NCBI GenBank assembly: GCA_964507425.1
Contig: CAZDQD010000118.1
Span: 9,461-73,460 of the forward strand
Direction: 5' to 3'
From: an uncultured Vicinamibacteraceae bacterium
GTDB lineage: Bacteria; Acidobacteriota; Vicinamibacteria; Vicinamibacterales; UBA8438
DNA length: 64,000 nt
Shown here: positions 7,496 to 17,113 of the stretch, piece by piece
How the letters are laid out: the number at the start of each line of letters is the position of its first letter
Position numbering within the stretch: the stretch's first letter is position 1
The notes under the pieces: model-generated
What the model was told of the DNA's origin: nothing
Database searches by the model: none
What the model saw: the letters and a program-made list of their open reading frames with translations, nothing else
Translations under genes and position numbers: made by a program

Positions 7496-9265
7496 ATGTG
7501 TATGCAGCCTGGTATTACCAGACGCGTTTTGGTTGGTGTGATTGTAGGGTTTTCGTTTGTATCAGGCTTGGCGACAGCGTTCGCCCAGTCTACGAGTGAG
7601 TTTGTTCCGGTCACTGATGCGATGCTCCAGGAGCCATCACCAGATGATTGGCTGATGTGGCGTCGCACGCTTGATGGTTGGGGTTACAGCCCGTTGGATC
7701 AAATTGACCGCAGTAATGTTGACGATTTGCGGATGGTCTGGTCCCGCGCCCTTAATACACCGGGCCGCCAACAGGGTACCCCGCTGGTCTATAACGGGGT
7801 GTTGTATATGCCTAATCCGAACGATGTTATTCAGGCGATCAATGCTACGACCGGTGACCTCATCTGGGAACATCGCCGGCCGGTGCCGGACGATGTCTGT
7901 GCACTGCTCATTGCAAGTTTGTGCCAGACGAATCGTAACCTAGCGATTTACGACAATCTGATTATTGATACAAGTATTGACGACCATATATTTGCGCTCG
8001 ATGCCGAGACGGGCGACATGGTCTGGGAAACAGAGATTCTTGATTACACGGTGAATCCGGCCAATCAGACGTCAGGTCCAATTATTGCGAATGGTAAAGT
8101 CATTTCTGGGCGGAGCTGTATGCCGCTGGGTGGACCGGAGTCATGCGTCATTACGGCACACGACGCTGCGACCGGTGCGGAACTCTGGCGCCGGCGAACG
8201 ATTCCAGGCCCAGGTGAACCGGGGAACGAATCATGGGGAGACGTGCCGTTTGAGGATCGCAAACACGTGGGGACTTGGATGGTTCCGAGTTATGACCAGG
8301 AGCTAAACCTCATCTATATAGGGACGTCGGTGACGTCGCCGGCTCCGAAGTTCATGTTGGGTGGGACTGACAAGAAACATTTGTATCACAACTGCACTTT
8401 GGCCCTTGATGCTGACACAGGCGAGATCGTGTGGTACTACCAACACTTAAACGATAGCTGGGATCTTGACCATCCGTTTGAACGTCTATTGGTCGATACG
8501 GCGGTCCGCCCGAACCCGAGTTCAGTGAGTTGGATTAATCCACGGTTGCGACCGGGTGAGGAGCGTCGTGTGATTACGGGTATTCCTGGAAAGACGGGCG
8601 TGGTCTATACGCTGGACCGTGAGACTGGAGAGTTTCTCTGGGCGACGCCGACCATCACACAGAATGTGATCAGCAATATTGATGGCGCGACAGGGGCTGT
8701 GTCAGAGAATCCGGAACTGGTGTTTTCCTCAATCGGACAGGAGGTTTTAGCGTGCCCAACATTGGTTGGCGGCAAGGATTGGGAGGCGGGAGCTTATAGC
8801 CCACGCACCAACGTGATGTATATGCCGTTGCGTAATGCGTGCGCCCGTATGATAGCGCTCGATGATGGCTCTCTTTACAACCTAGCTGTGCGAGATCAGC
8901 TCGCACCAAACACTGATCAGCTGGGCATGGTGCAAGCGATCTCTGCCGAAACAGGAGACACCACCTGGAAATACGAACAGCGGGCCGCCACTATGTCGCT
9001 TGTTGCGACCGGAGGTGGACTCGTGTTTGGTGGTGATGTCAATGGGCGTTTCCGTGCCTTCAATGATGAGACGGGCGAGGTGTTGTGGGAGATCAATCTT
9101 GGCTCAGCAGTTACCGGCTTTCCTATTACCTATGCCGTGGATGGTCAGCAGTATGTTGTCGCGAGCACCGGTACATCTGGTACGTTCACGCGTTTCATAG
9201 GCTTGACCCCGGAGTTGCGACCGAGTACCGGTAACAATATTTTCGTCTTTGCGCTTCCTGATTAG
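7496..9265 (+). CDS. PQQ-dependent dehydrogenase, methanol/ethanol (quinoprotein alcohol dehydrogenase) family, secreted
   Basis: ATG at 7496 is preceded by GAGGAG. Signal peptide is RRVLVGVIVGFSFVSGLATAFAQS. The N-terminal family block is VTDAMLQEPSPDDWLMWRRTLDGWGYSPLDQIDRSNVDDLRMVWS. Repeated propeller motifs (AINATTGDLIWE, ALDAETGDMVWE, AHDAATGAELWR, ALDADTGEIVWYYQHLNDSWDLD) are present. Confidence 0.85.
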   Translation: MCMQPGITRRVLVGVIVGFSFVSGLATAFAQSTSEFVPVTDAMLQEPSPDDWLMWRRTLDGWGYSPLDQIDRSNVDDLRMVWSRALNTPGRQQGTPLVYNGVLYMPNPNDVIQAINATTGDLIWEHRRPVPDDVCALLIASLCQTNRNLAIYDNLIIDTSIDDHIFALDAETGDMVWETEILDYTVNPANQTSGPIIANGKVISGRSCMPLGGPESCVITAHDAATGAELWRRRTIPGPGEPGNESWGDVPFEDRKHVGTWMVPSYDQELNLIYIGTSVTSPAPKFMLGGTDKKHLYHNCTLALDADTGEIVWYYQHLNDSWDLDHPFERLLVDTAVRPNPSSVSWINPRLRPGEERRVITGIPGKTGVVYTLDRETGEFLWATPTITQNVISNIDGATGAVSENPELVFSSIGQEVLACPTLVGGKDWEAGAYSPRTNVMYMPLRNACARMIALDDGSLYNLAVRDQLAPNTDQLGMVQAISAETGDTTWKYEQRAATMSLVATGGGLVFGGDVNGRFRAFNDETGEVLWEINLGSAVTGFPITYAVDGQQYVVASTGTSGTFTRFIGLTPELRPSTGNNIFVFALPD

Positions 9266-9429
9266 GAAGAAGGAAGGGGTTTGTGAAGCGGATCGTTTTA
9301 ATCATCCTTTTCAGGTAACCGACAATTGGAAGCAGGTTTGAAAGCTGGTGATGAGTGGGTGCACCGTTTGCCAGCAGACGAGTATGTGTCCAACTCTCCC
9401 ATTAATGAGTGCACCAATAACCGGAGCAG

Positions 9430-11070
9430 ATGAGTAACCAAACCTCGAAGAAAACGCTAGAAACGGTCCGCCAATATCATCAGGTTACCAAGCATCACGT
9501 CCATCGCTTCGCGCCCGGACCGGGCGGCCTAGACTGGGAGACCCAGCCGGACCCGTTTCGCCGCTACGACGGTGCGCCCCTGATCGGACTGGACAAGGTT
9601 CGACCGACAGGGGAGCCACGTTACGATGAGGCGTTTGTCGAGGGACGACATTCATCGGCTCTGCTGAACCGGCGGAGTGTCTCACAACTCTTCTTCGACA
9701 GCCTGGCGATCTCAGCTTGGAAGAGTACGAGTGGCTCTCGATGGGCGCTCCGGGTCAACCCGTCGAGCGGCAACCTACACCCGACAGAGGGCTACCTGCT
9801 TTGTGGGCCGGTGGATGGCCTTTGTGCGGCTCCGGTTGTCTGCCACTATGCGCCGAAGGAACATGCGCTCGAGGTTAGGGCGAAGGTTGGCCTAGGGTTA
9901 TGGGAGACGCTTTGCCAGCAATGTCCGTCCGAAACAATCTTCGTCGGTTTTACCTCCGTCCACTGGCGAGAAGCGTGGAAATACGGCCAACGCGCCTATC
10001 GCTATTGCCAGCATGACCTCGGGCACGCCGTTGCCGCGGTCGCTATCGCTGCGGCTGGACTGGGGTGGCAAACGAGATTGATGGATGACCTGGGAACGTC
10101 TGAACTAGCGCGCCTCCTCGGCACCGAACGGAAGAATGTCGCCGAACCAGAGGAGCCGGATGTACTGATCGCCGTAGGCCCTGGCGTGAGTGGGATCGCC
10201 GTGCGCACCCTGCCCGAAGAGCCGGTGCGGTACTTCTCGAAACTGGAATGGCTTGGCACGCCCAACGTCCTCAGCCCGAATCAACTGGACTGGGGCATGG
10301 ACGCACCGGCCCGCGCAGCCCGTAAGCCCCGCGGGTCAAGTCTGAGTACACGCACGCAAGAGCCGGGACCATCTGGCTTATTGCCGACTCGCCCGGTCTC
10401 GCTCCGGTCCGTCATCCGTCAGAGGCGGAGCGCGGTAGCGATGGATGGGAAGACCAAAATAAACCGAGACCTGTTTTATCGCATGCTCCAGAGAACGGTC
10501 GCTAGCCAGGACCAAGTTCCCTTTAGCACGCTGCCTTGGACTCCGTACATCCACTTGGCGATCTTTGTGCACCGCGTAGATGGCCTACCCCCTGGCTTAT
10601 ACATGTTAGTACGCGATAAAACACAGCGGTCTGGGCTGGAGGCGGCCTGTACTCGCGCGTCGTCGTGGGTACGCGCTCCTAGCTGCCCTAAAGAAGTCGA
10701 CCTGTGGTGTCTCAGTCAATCAGATACGAGACGCACAGCACAAGCGGTCTCCTGCACCCAAGACATTGCAAGTGACGGGTGTTTTAGTCTTGGGATGGTG
10801 GCGGAGTTTGAGCGTCCGTTGAATCACTACGGTGCCTGGTGTTACCCTCGTCTGTTCGGGGAGGCAGGTGCGGACGGTCAAGGACTCTATCTGGACGCCG
10901 AAGCTGCCGGGATCAGGAGCACTGGAATCGGTTGTTATTTCGACGATACGATGCATGAAATCCTTGGTCTTGAAGACACCACCTATCAGGACCTGTACCA
11001 CTTCACAGTCGGTGGTGAGGTCGAAGACACTCGGCTCACCACACTCCCGGCCTATTCGGATTCACTATAA
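9430..11070 (+). CDS. SagB/ThcOx-type dehydrogenase (tandem nitroreductase-fold protein)
   Basis: The N-terminal block YHQVTKHHVHRFAPGPGGLDWETQPDPFRRY is typical of SagB-type dehydrogenase domains. The roughly 546 aa length is compatible with two nitroreductase-like halves. Confidence 0.7.
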   Translation: MSNQTSKKTLETVRQYHQVTKHHVHRFAPGPGGLDWETQPDPFRRYDGAPLIGLDKVRPTGEPRYDEAFVEGRHSSALLNRRSVSQLFFDSLAISAWKSTSGSRWALRVNPSSGNLHPTEGYLLCGPVDGLCAAPVVCHYAPKEHALEVRAKVGLGLWETLCQQCPSETIFVGFTSVHWREAWKYGQRAYRYCQHDLGHAVAAVAIAAAGLGWQTRLMDDLGTSELARLLGTERKNVAEPEEPDVLIAVGPGVSGIAVRTLPEEPVRYFSKLEWLGTPNVLSPNQLDWGMDAPARAARKPRGSSLSTRTQEPGPSGLLPTRPVSLRSVIRQRRSAVAMDGKTKINRDLFYRMLQRTVASQDQVPFSTLPWTPYIHLAIFVHRVDGLPPGLYMLVRDKTQRSGLEAACTRASSWVRAPSCPKEVDLWCLSQSDTRRTAQAVSCTQDIASDGCFSLGMVAEFERPLNHYGAWCYPRLFGEAGADGQGLYLDAEAAGIRSTGIGCYFDDTMHEILGLEDTTYQDLYHFTVGGEVEDTRLTTLPAYSDSL

Positions 11071-11078
11071 TTCGGTTG

Positions 11079-11096
11079 CATTACTGTCTCGTAATG
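11079..11096. terminator. Weak hairpin between the SagB-like CDS and the tRNA
   Basis: CATTAC-tgtctc-GTAATG (6-bp stem) is followed by agcgTTTTCTC. The stem is short and AT-rich. Confidence 0.3.
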
Positions 11097-11117
11097 AGCG
11101 TTTTCTCTAGAAAATTC

Positions 11118-11193
11118 TGGAGCCGACGAGCGGACTCGAACCGCTGACCTGCTGATTACGAATCAGCTGCTCTACCAACTGAGCTACGTCGGC
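11118..11193 (-). tRNA. tRNA-Thr (anticodon CGU), CCA encoded
   Basis: The reverse complement reads GCCGACGTAGCTCAGTTGGTAGAGCAGCTGATTCGTAATCAGCAGGTCAGCGGTTCGAGTCCGCTCGTCGGCTCCA. The 7-bp acceptor stem is GCCGACG/CGTCGGC. The anticodon arm is GCTGA-TTCGTAA-TCAGC with anticodon CGT. The T-arm is GGTTCGAGTCC. Length is 76 nt. Confidence 0.95.
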
Positions 11194-11382
11194 ACGACAC
11201 ATCCCGAGCGCCTGCTAGGCCCTTTCGGGATTACGTGTAAAGCGGCCCATGTTAGCACACGCATAGCGTGGGGCTCGGCATTCGTTACAGTCGCCAAACG
11301 GCTTTACCGCAAGTTGACTGGTGGAGGTTGTTCGGAGCGTTCAGTGTAGAAAATTGTGACTGTCAAACGACCCTCGTCGAGT

Positions 11383-11412
11383 TTGCAAGCGCTTAGCAAG
11401 CGGCTTTAGAAT
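11383..11412 (+). promoter_or_regulatory. Candidate sigma70-type promoter upstream of uvrA
   Basis: TTGCAA (11383..11388), then 18 nt, then TAGAAT (11407..11412), about 60 nt upstream of the uvrA start. Confidence 0.35.
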
Positions 11413-11472
11413 GTCCAGTTGAAGTTCACATCAAGTAATCGTTCTTGAGAAGCCTTTTTGTTGTGGGAGTCC

Positions 11473-14400
11473 ATGACCGTACAAGTAGCCAAAGATAGCC
11501 CTGACAACGCAATTGTCATTCGCGGTGCGCGAACACACAACCTCAAGAACATCGACCTCACGTTACCCCAACAGCAGGTAATTGTTGTAACCGGTGTGAG
11601 TGGTTCCGGAAAGTCTTCATTGGCGTTTGACACGGTGTATGCCGAAGGTCAACGACGATACGTTGAATCGCTTTCAGCTTATGCGCGGCAATTTCTTGAA
11701 CGCATGGAAAAACCAGATGTCGACGGCATTGATGGTATTTGTCCGGCAATTGCGCTTCGACAGAAGAATAGTGTCCGAAATCCGCGCTCGACAGTTGGCA
11801 CTACCACAGAAATTCATGACTATTTACGTTTATTGTTTGCGCGGGTAGGTCGAACTATTTGTCGAGGATGTGGCCGTCAAGTAGTGAGGGAAACGGCTGA
11901 GCTTGTAGCGAACCGTTTGTCGGCTCTCGCTGACGGTACAAAATTGATCCTGGGTTTCGATATGCCGGTTGTCTCGCTTTCGTCTGGTTCCAACGATTCT
12001 GTAGAGCTTGAGGTTGACGAGATTTCTGAACACGACATGTCTTCTGCTGGGGAGGTGGTCGCCCAAAAGACTGGCCGAAAGAAACGGAATAGTAAACGGC
12101 GGAATGCTGATGACTTAGCAGCGCAGTTTCAGGGTAACGATAATTCGATTCTGGATACGATCGACGCACTTCGCAGGAAAGGGTTTGGACGACTTTATGT
12201 GAAGGGAAGGGTTATATCTTTTGATGAAGTAAATGTCGGTGAAATGGCTGATTGTGCTGATATTCAGGTTGTTGTTGATCGCTTGAAGTTAAGCCCTGAT
12301 GCTGTGACTCGATTGACAGATTCGATTGAGACAGCGTACCAGGAGGGTGGCGGCAACGCATTTGCGATTGAGCCCCGTCAAGACAATCAAGAGCAAGAGT
12401 CGGACACCTCGGTCTATCGGTTTAGTGAAAAATTTGAATGTCGTGAATGCGAACTTGTCTACGAAGTGCCTCAGCCTCGTCTGTTCTCGTTTAATAGTTC
12501 TTTTGGCGCCTGCCAGATGTGTCACGGATTTGGCAATGTTATTGAACTTGACATGAACCTGGTCGTGCCCGACGTTTCTAAGTCGATCAACGAGGAGGCG
12601 ATTGAGCCATGGAGTAAACCGCACTATCGGTCTCACCTGGCTGACCTAAAGCGGGCTGCCAGACGGCACAAGATACGTCTGTCGGTTCCTTGGTCTGACT
12701 TGACAGCTGATGAGCGTCAATTCGTGATTGATGGGGATGGAAAAGACTACAAGGGAATTAGAGGATTTTTTGGTTCGCTTGAACGAAAAAAATACAAAGT
12801 TCATGTGCGAGTGTTTCTGAGTCGGTACCGGGGCTATTTGACGTGTCCTGACTGCCAAGGTGCACGTTTGCGGCCCGAGGCAAGAGACGTGTTTGTCGGA
12901 AGCCGAACAATTGACGAGTTATGTTCACTGACAGTAGGTGCCGCATGTGAGTTTTTCGACTGCTTAAATGTGACCAAGAAGGAGAGAGAGATCGTTACTC
13001 GGGTCACTAAGGAGATACAGAGACGGCTAGGGTTTCTCCGAGATGTGGGACTCGATTATTTAACGCTGGACCGTTTATCGTCGTCGCTTTCCGGTGGTGA
13101 GGCTCAGCGGATTAATTTAGCGACGTCGCTCGGATCGGATCTTGTGGGTACGTTATACGTGCTCGACGAACCTTCTATTGGTTTACACCCTCGTGATAAT
13201 GAGCGGCTAATACACATTTTGAGAAAATTGCGAGATCAGGGAAACACGGTACTGGTTGTTGAACATGATGCGGACATGATTCGTGCCAGCGATTATGTTG
13301 TCGACCTTGGTTTAGGTGCAGGAACGAACGGGGGGAAGGTTGTCTTTTGTGGCACATACGAGGCTCTTGGAAATGAAACGACCTCGTTGACTGCTAAATA
13401 CTTACGCGGTGAACTCGCAATTCCAATCCCTGTTAAACGGCGGAAACGCCTTCCTTCGACTCAATCGTTATGGGTGATTGGAGCAAGTGAACATAATCTC
13501 AAAGAGATCGATGTTGAAATTCCACTAAATATGTTTACCTGCGTTACAGGTGTCAGTGGTTCTGGGAAATCGACGCTCGTTCATGACGTCATGTATGCAG
13601 CGTTCAGACGAGCAAAAGGAAAATGGAATAAGAATGTCGGTGCTCACAAATCGCTCAAGGGTATCGAATTGCTGAACGACATTGTACTGATTGATCAAGC
13701 CCCAATTGGTCGAACGCCGCGTTCGAATCCGGTGACTTATCTGAAGGCATTTGATCCGATCCGTGAGTTGTTTTCAAAAACGCAGGAAGCGAAGTCGCGA
13801 GGACTGAGTGCTAGTCACTTCTCGTTCAATGTGGCTGGAGGTCGGTGTGATGCCTGTGAGGGTGAGGGAGAGATCCGAGTAGAGATGCAATTTCTTGCCG
13901 ACGTGTTCGTGCCCTGTGAGCATTGCAACGGAAAAAGATTTAAACCTCAAGTGCTAGAAGTTAACTATTGTGGACGAAATATTCACCAGGTGCTTGAGAT
14001 GACAGTTCGTGAAGCCCTACATTTCTTCGCGGGGTCTGCCAAAGTGATACGACGGTTGCGCGTACTGGATGAAATTGGTTTGGGATATTTGCGGCTCGGT
14101 CAGCCAGCGACAACATTGTCTGGTGGTGAGGCGCAGCGCATTAAAATAGCGGCACATCTTGGAGTGCATCACAGTGAACGGTCACTTTATATTTTTGACG
14201 AACCGACTACAGGACTACACTTCGATGACATTACAAAGCTCCTAACGGCATTTAGAAAACTCGTTGACGCCGGTCACACGCTGCTTGTCATTGAGCATAA
14301 TCTTGACGTTATTAAGACAGCAGACTGGGTGGTCGATCTTGGACCTGAGGGTGGAGATGGTGGCGGAACAATAGTCGCGGCGGGGCCGCCAGAGAAAATT

Positions 14401-14484
14401 GCTGAGCATTCGAGTTCTCATACGGGCCATTATCTTCGGGAGGCGCTTGCTAGTGGTCGTAGCCACGCGTATGCCGACGCATGA
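11473..14484 (+). CDS. uvrA: Excinuclease ABC subunit A
   Basis: The N-terminus is IVIRGARTHNLKNIDLTLP. There are two ABC ATPase modules with Walker A GVSGSGKSSL and GVSGSGKSTL, and signatures LSGGEAQRI twice. Zinc-finger cysteine pairs CxxC are present. ATG at 11473 is preferred over the TTG at 11458. Confidence 0.95.
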   Translation: MTVQVAKDSPDNAIVIRGARTHNLKNIDLTLPQQQVIVVTGVSGSGKSSLAFDTVYAEGQRRYVESLSAYARQFLERMEKPDVDGIDGICPAIALRQKNSVRNPRSTVGTTTEIHDYLRLLFARVGRTICRGCGRQVVRETAELVANRLSALADGTKLILGFDMPVVSLSSGSNDSVELEVDEISEHDMSSAGEVVAQKTGRKKRNSKRRNADDLAAQFQGNDNSILDTIDALRRKGFGRLYVKGRVISFDEVNVGEMADCADIQVVVDRLKLSPDAVTRLTDSIETAYQEGGGNAFAIEPRQDNQEQESDTSVYRFSEKFECRECELVYEVPQPRLFSFNSSFGACQMCHGFGNVIELDMNLVVPDVSKSINEEAIEPWSKPHYRSHLADLKRAARRHKIRLSVPWSDLTADERQFVIDGDGKDYKGIRGFFGSLERKKYKVHVRVFLSRYRGYLTCPDCQGARLRPEARDVFVGSRTIDELCSLTVGAACEFFDCLNVTKKEREIVTRVTKEIQRRLGFLRDVGLDYLTLDRLSSSLSGGEAQRINLATSLGSDLVGTLYVLDEPSIGLHPRDNERLIHILRKLRDQGNTVLVVEHDADMIRASDYVVDLGLGAGTNGGKVVFCGTYEALGNETTSLTAKYLRGELAIPIPVKRRKRLPSTQSLWVIGASEHNLKEIDVEIPLNMFTCVTGVSGSGKSTLVHDVMYAAFRRAKGKWNKNVGAHKSLKGIELLNDIVLIDQAPIGRTPRSNPVTYLKAFDPIRELFSKTQEAKSRGLSASHFSFNVAGGRCDACEGEGEIRVEMQFLADVFVPCEHCNGKRFKPQVLEVNYCGRNIHQVLEMTVREALHFFAGSAKVIRRLRVLDEIGLGYLRLGQPATTLSGGEAQRIKIAAHLGVHHSERSLYIFDEPTTGLHFDDITKLLTAFRKLVDAGHTLLVIEHNLDVIKTADWVVDLGPEGGDGGGTIVAAGPPEKIAEHSSSHTGHYLREALASGRSHAYADA

Positions 14485-14792
14485 TTGGCCGTTTGTAACG
14501 CGTTAGGACTCGGCCTTGCGTGTTTCTTTAAGTTGATTTCGGTTGCCAAGCCAGCTGAGCTGGCTTCGGGTATGAGCATGGTAGCCACCGAGTTTGTTGA
14601 AGAGAAAGTGCCACGCGGGCCGCCTTGTTCAACTGGGTTCAGTGTGAGAGGCTACGGTTTATGGTGTGCAATTTCTTAAGTGGAAATTTGGACCGAATGG
14701 CTGAAAATGGTGATTCGGTAGTTATAAAGGTCTGTTGGTAGATGACGGTTTTGTTTAAGCTTGGAAATTCTTGAAGGACGGAGGATGCGTAG

Positions 14793-15803
14793 ATGAATCG
14801 ATTAGGCGTAACTGTTTCACTTGCTGTGGTGTTGGCGGGGTCGGCAGTCGGCGGGGCATTGGCGCAAAATACTTCATCATTGTTGCTAACTGCACACGGT
14901 GATCCTGACATTCAGGGATTGTTTACGTTTAGAACGCTGACTCCATTGCAACGGCCGGTCATTGATGCCGGAGCTTCAGCACTTCTTTCGGGTAGGGTAG
15001 CGCTTACATCCGAGGAGGCTGCGGTCTACGAAGCGTCTCGGCGTAGTGAACTAAATAGAGACGAGCAGAATTTGGAGATTCATGCTCCTGGCGTTCGCTA
15101 TCAGTCTCTGGCTGAGGGTGGCGTTGGCGGTTACAACGAGTTCTGGTATGAACGTGGTGTTGAACTTACGCGTGACAAGCGAACCTCCTTGGTCGTTGAC
15201 CCGCCAACTGGCCGTATTCCATTTAGAGCTGATTATCAGGCAAAGGCAAGTGTTCGCCAATTGAATATCCGGAATGGTTTTGCGGATTCATATACGGACC
15301 GTAGCCTTTCCGACCGTTGCCTCATGGGCTTCAATGCCGGGCCGCCGATGGTGTCTAGTGCATACAACAATAATGTCCAAATTTTGCAGACGCCAGATGT
15401 TGTCGTGATCTTTAATGAGATGGTACACAACGCCAGAATTATTCCGATCGATGGGCGTCCTCACGGGATACTCCGGCAGTATTCGGGAGATTCGCGTGGG
15501 CGGTGGGAAGGTGAGACGCTTGTCGTTGAGACAAAGAATTTCCTGCGTGAAACGAGTTTAGGAGGCTCCAGTGAGCAAACACATCTCGTCGAGCGATTTC
15601 GCCGCGAAGACGCGGATACTGTCGTCTACGAGTTTACTGTGGAGGATTCGAGTAACTTTAGCCGCCCATGGACAGCGGTAATGCCTTTGAGACGCACCGA
15701 TGGTCCATTATTTGAGTACGCTTGTCATGAAGGAAATATTGGGTTGGAGGGAATTCTGGCAGGCGCCAGGAATCAAGATATCCAGCGTGTTGTCGAACCT
15801 TAA
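14793..15803 (+). CDS. Secreted protein of unknown function
   Basis: RBS GGAGGA and signal peptide MNRLGVTVSLAVVLAGSAVGGALAQ. Distinctive blocks are GDPDIQGLFTFRTLTPLQRP, NNNVQILQTPDVVVIFNEMVHNARIIPIDGRPH and, near the C-terminus, FEYACHEGN. No family name I can assign with confidence. Confidence 0.6.
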   Translation: MNRLGVTVSLAVVLAGSAVGGALAQNTSSLLLTAHGDPDIQGLFTFRTLTPLQRPVIDAGASALLSGRVALTSEEAAVYEASRRSELNRDEQNLEIHAPGVRYQSLAEGGVGGYNEFWYERGVELTRDKRTSLVVDPPTGRIPFRADYQAKASVRQLNIRNGFADSYTDRSLSDRCLMGFNAGPPMVSSAYNNNVQILQTPDVVVIFNEMVHNARIIPIDGRPHGILRQYSGDSRGRWEGETLVVETKNFLRETSLGGSSEQTHLVERFRREDADTVVYEFTVEDSSNFSRPWTAVMPLRRTDGPLFEYACHEGNIGLEGILAGARNQDIQRVVEP

Positions 15804-15904
15804 GTCGGCAGGCTCATGGATTTTGTCGATACCTTGCGGTCGCGCCGGAAAACCCTGATTGCGTACTAGCACTATTCGATATGCCAAGAACTTCACGCGC
15901 TGGA

Positions 15905-17113
15905 CTAACGTTGGGGCGGCCTGGCTCTTTCGACGACGATCTGCAATTCGATAGGTTGGCCGTAACGAAGGATCTCGACCGTGACGCTGGACCCGATCTC
16001 AGCATCTGAGATCAGGCGTCCGAATGATGCGACATCATCAACGGGCTGTTCGTTAATACTGCGAATGACATCGCCGGGTTCAACTCCGGCCCTGGCAGCG
16101 CTGGAGTTTTGATGAATTTGCCACACGACGACTCCCAATGTGTTTGGGGCGTCGACTTCTTGAGCTAGCGACGGTGTCAAAGCCCGAACATCAACTAAGC
16201 CGAGCGAGCCGCGTCGTACTTCGCCATGTGTGACGAGTTCGTCCATGATGCGACGAGCTAGATTACTCGGGACAGCAAACCCGACACCTTGGTAACCGCC
16301 ACTGTCACTGTAGATTGCTGTGTTGATACCGATGAGTTCTCCACGTTCGTTAATGAGAGCCCCCCCTGAGTTTCCAGGATTTATGGCGGCATCAGTTTGG
16401 ATGAAGTCCTCGTAACGTGCGACACCGAGATTGTCTCTGCCAACGGCACTAACGATTCCGAGTGTGACGGTTTGGCCCAATTGGAAAGGATTTCCAACTG
16501 CCAGTACCCATTGCGCAATACGTAGTTGGGACGAGTCTCCCCACGGCACGGTGGGAAGGTCGGTAGCATCAATTCGAAGAAGAGCAATATCGGTCGATTC
16601 ATCTCGACCGACTAGAGCTGCGTCATATTCACGCTCATCTGACAGAGTAACGGTTACGCCCCTGGAATTCCGTCCAACGACATGCGCATTCGTTAAGATG
16701 TAGCCATCGGCTGCTACGATAACACCAGAACCAAGGCTGGGCTGTTCTCGGTAGCCAGACATGCCAGGAACATCACCGAAAAAGTATCGAAAAAATCTGT
16801 CATTATCGAAAGGCGAACGCTGCCGAACGACTTGGCGTGATGAGATGTTCGTGACGGCCTGAACTGTTTGTTCCGCCACGTCGCTGAAGTGTGGTAGCGC
16901 TACAGTTTGAGACCTGGCTTGTTGAAGTGTTTCTTGTTCTGTTGTTGGTGAACCGGAAGCGCTTACTGCTTCAGTGAGAGCCGGCATCACGATCGGCGAT
17001 GGTGCAGCAGGTCTTTCCGTGGCGCCGCTCTGCAGCATTTGGTTAACGATGAGGCCGGAAACGGCTCCTAGGACAAAGATGACGAAGACAGTAGTAAGCG
17101 GCTTTATACGCAT
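15905..17113 (-). CDS. HtrA/DegP-family periplasmic serine protease (S1C) with one PDZ domain
   Basis: Catalytic-triad contexts are TNAHVV, TDIALLRI and GNSGGALIN. The N-terminal anchor is LTTVFVIFVLGAVSGLIV. The C-terminal PDZ-like segment is AARAGVEPGDVIRSINEQPV. Confidence 0.9.
   Translation of the reverse strand: MRIKPLTTVFVIFVLGAVSGLIVNQMLQSGATERPAAPSPIVMPALTEAVSASGSPTTEQETLQQARSQTVALPHFSDVAEQTVQAVTNISSRQVVRQRSPFDNDRFFRYFFGDVPGMSGYREQPSLGSGVIVAADGYILTNAHVVGRNSRGVTVTLSDEREYDAALVGRDESTDIALLRIDATDLPTVPWGDSSQLRIAQWVLAVGNPFQLGQTVTLGIVSAVGRDNLGVARYEDFIQTDAAINPGNSGGALINERGELIGINTAIYSDSGGYQGVGFAVPSNLARRIMDELVTHGEVRRGSLGLVDVRALTPSLAQEVDAPNTLGVVVWQIHQNSSAARAGVEPGDVIRSINEQPVDDVASFGRLISDAEIGSSVTVEILRYGQPIELQIVVERARPPQR

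Noticed and set aside
9430-11070. The SagB-type dehydrogenase as a marker of a thiazole/oxazole RiPP (TOMM) gene cluster.
   Set aside because: No YcaO cyclodehydratase, E1-like partner, ABC exporter, protease or plausible precursor peptide is adjacent. The neighbours are a PQQ dehydrogenase and a tRNA.
11118-11193. tRNA-Thr as an integration hotspot for a genomic island.
   Set aside because: No integrase, no direct repeat of the tRNA 3' end that I could spot, and both flanks (the SagB-like gene and uvrA) look like ordinary chromosomal genes.
11330-11342. GTTC-ggagc-GTTC direct repeat upstream of uvrA as a possible LexA (SOS) box of the GTTC-N7-GTTC type.
   Set aside because: The spacing is 5 nt, not 7. 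The repeat lies about 50 nt upstream of the candidate -35, and I found no second copy upstream of uvrC.
14548-14566. Hairpin AAGCCAGC-tga-GCTGGCTT after uvrA as a rho-independent terminator.
   Set aside because: The 8-bp stem is perfect, but a 3-nt loop is tight and no T-tract follows (cgggtatg). The evidence is too weak to list as a feature.
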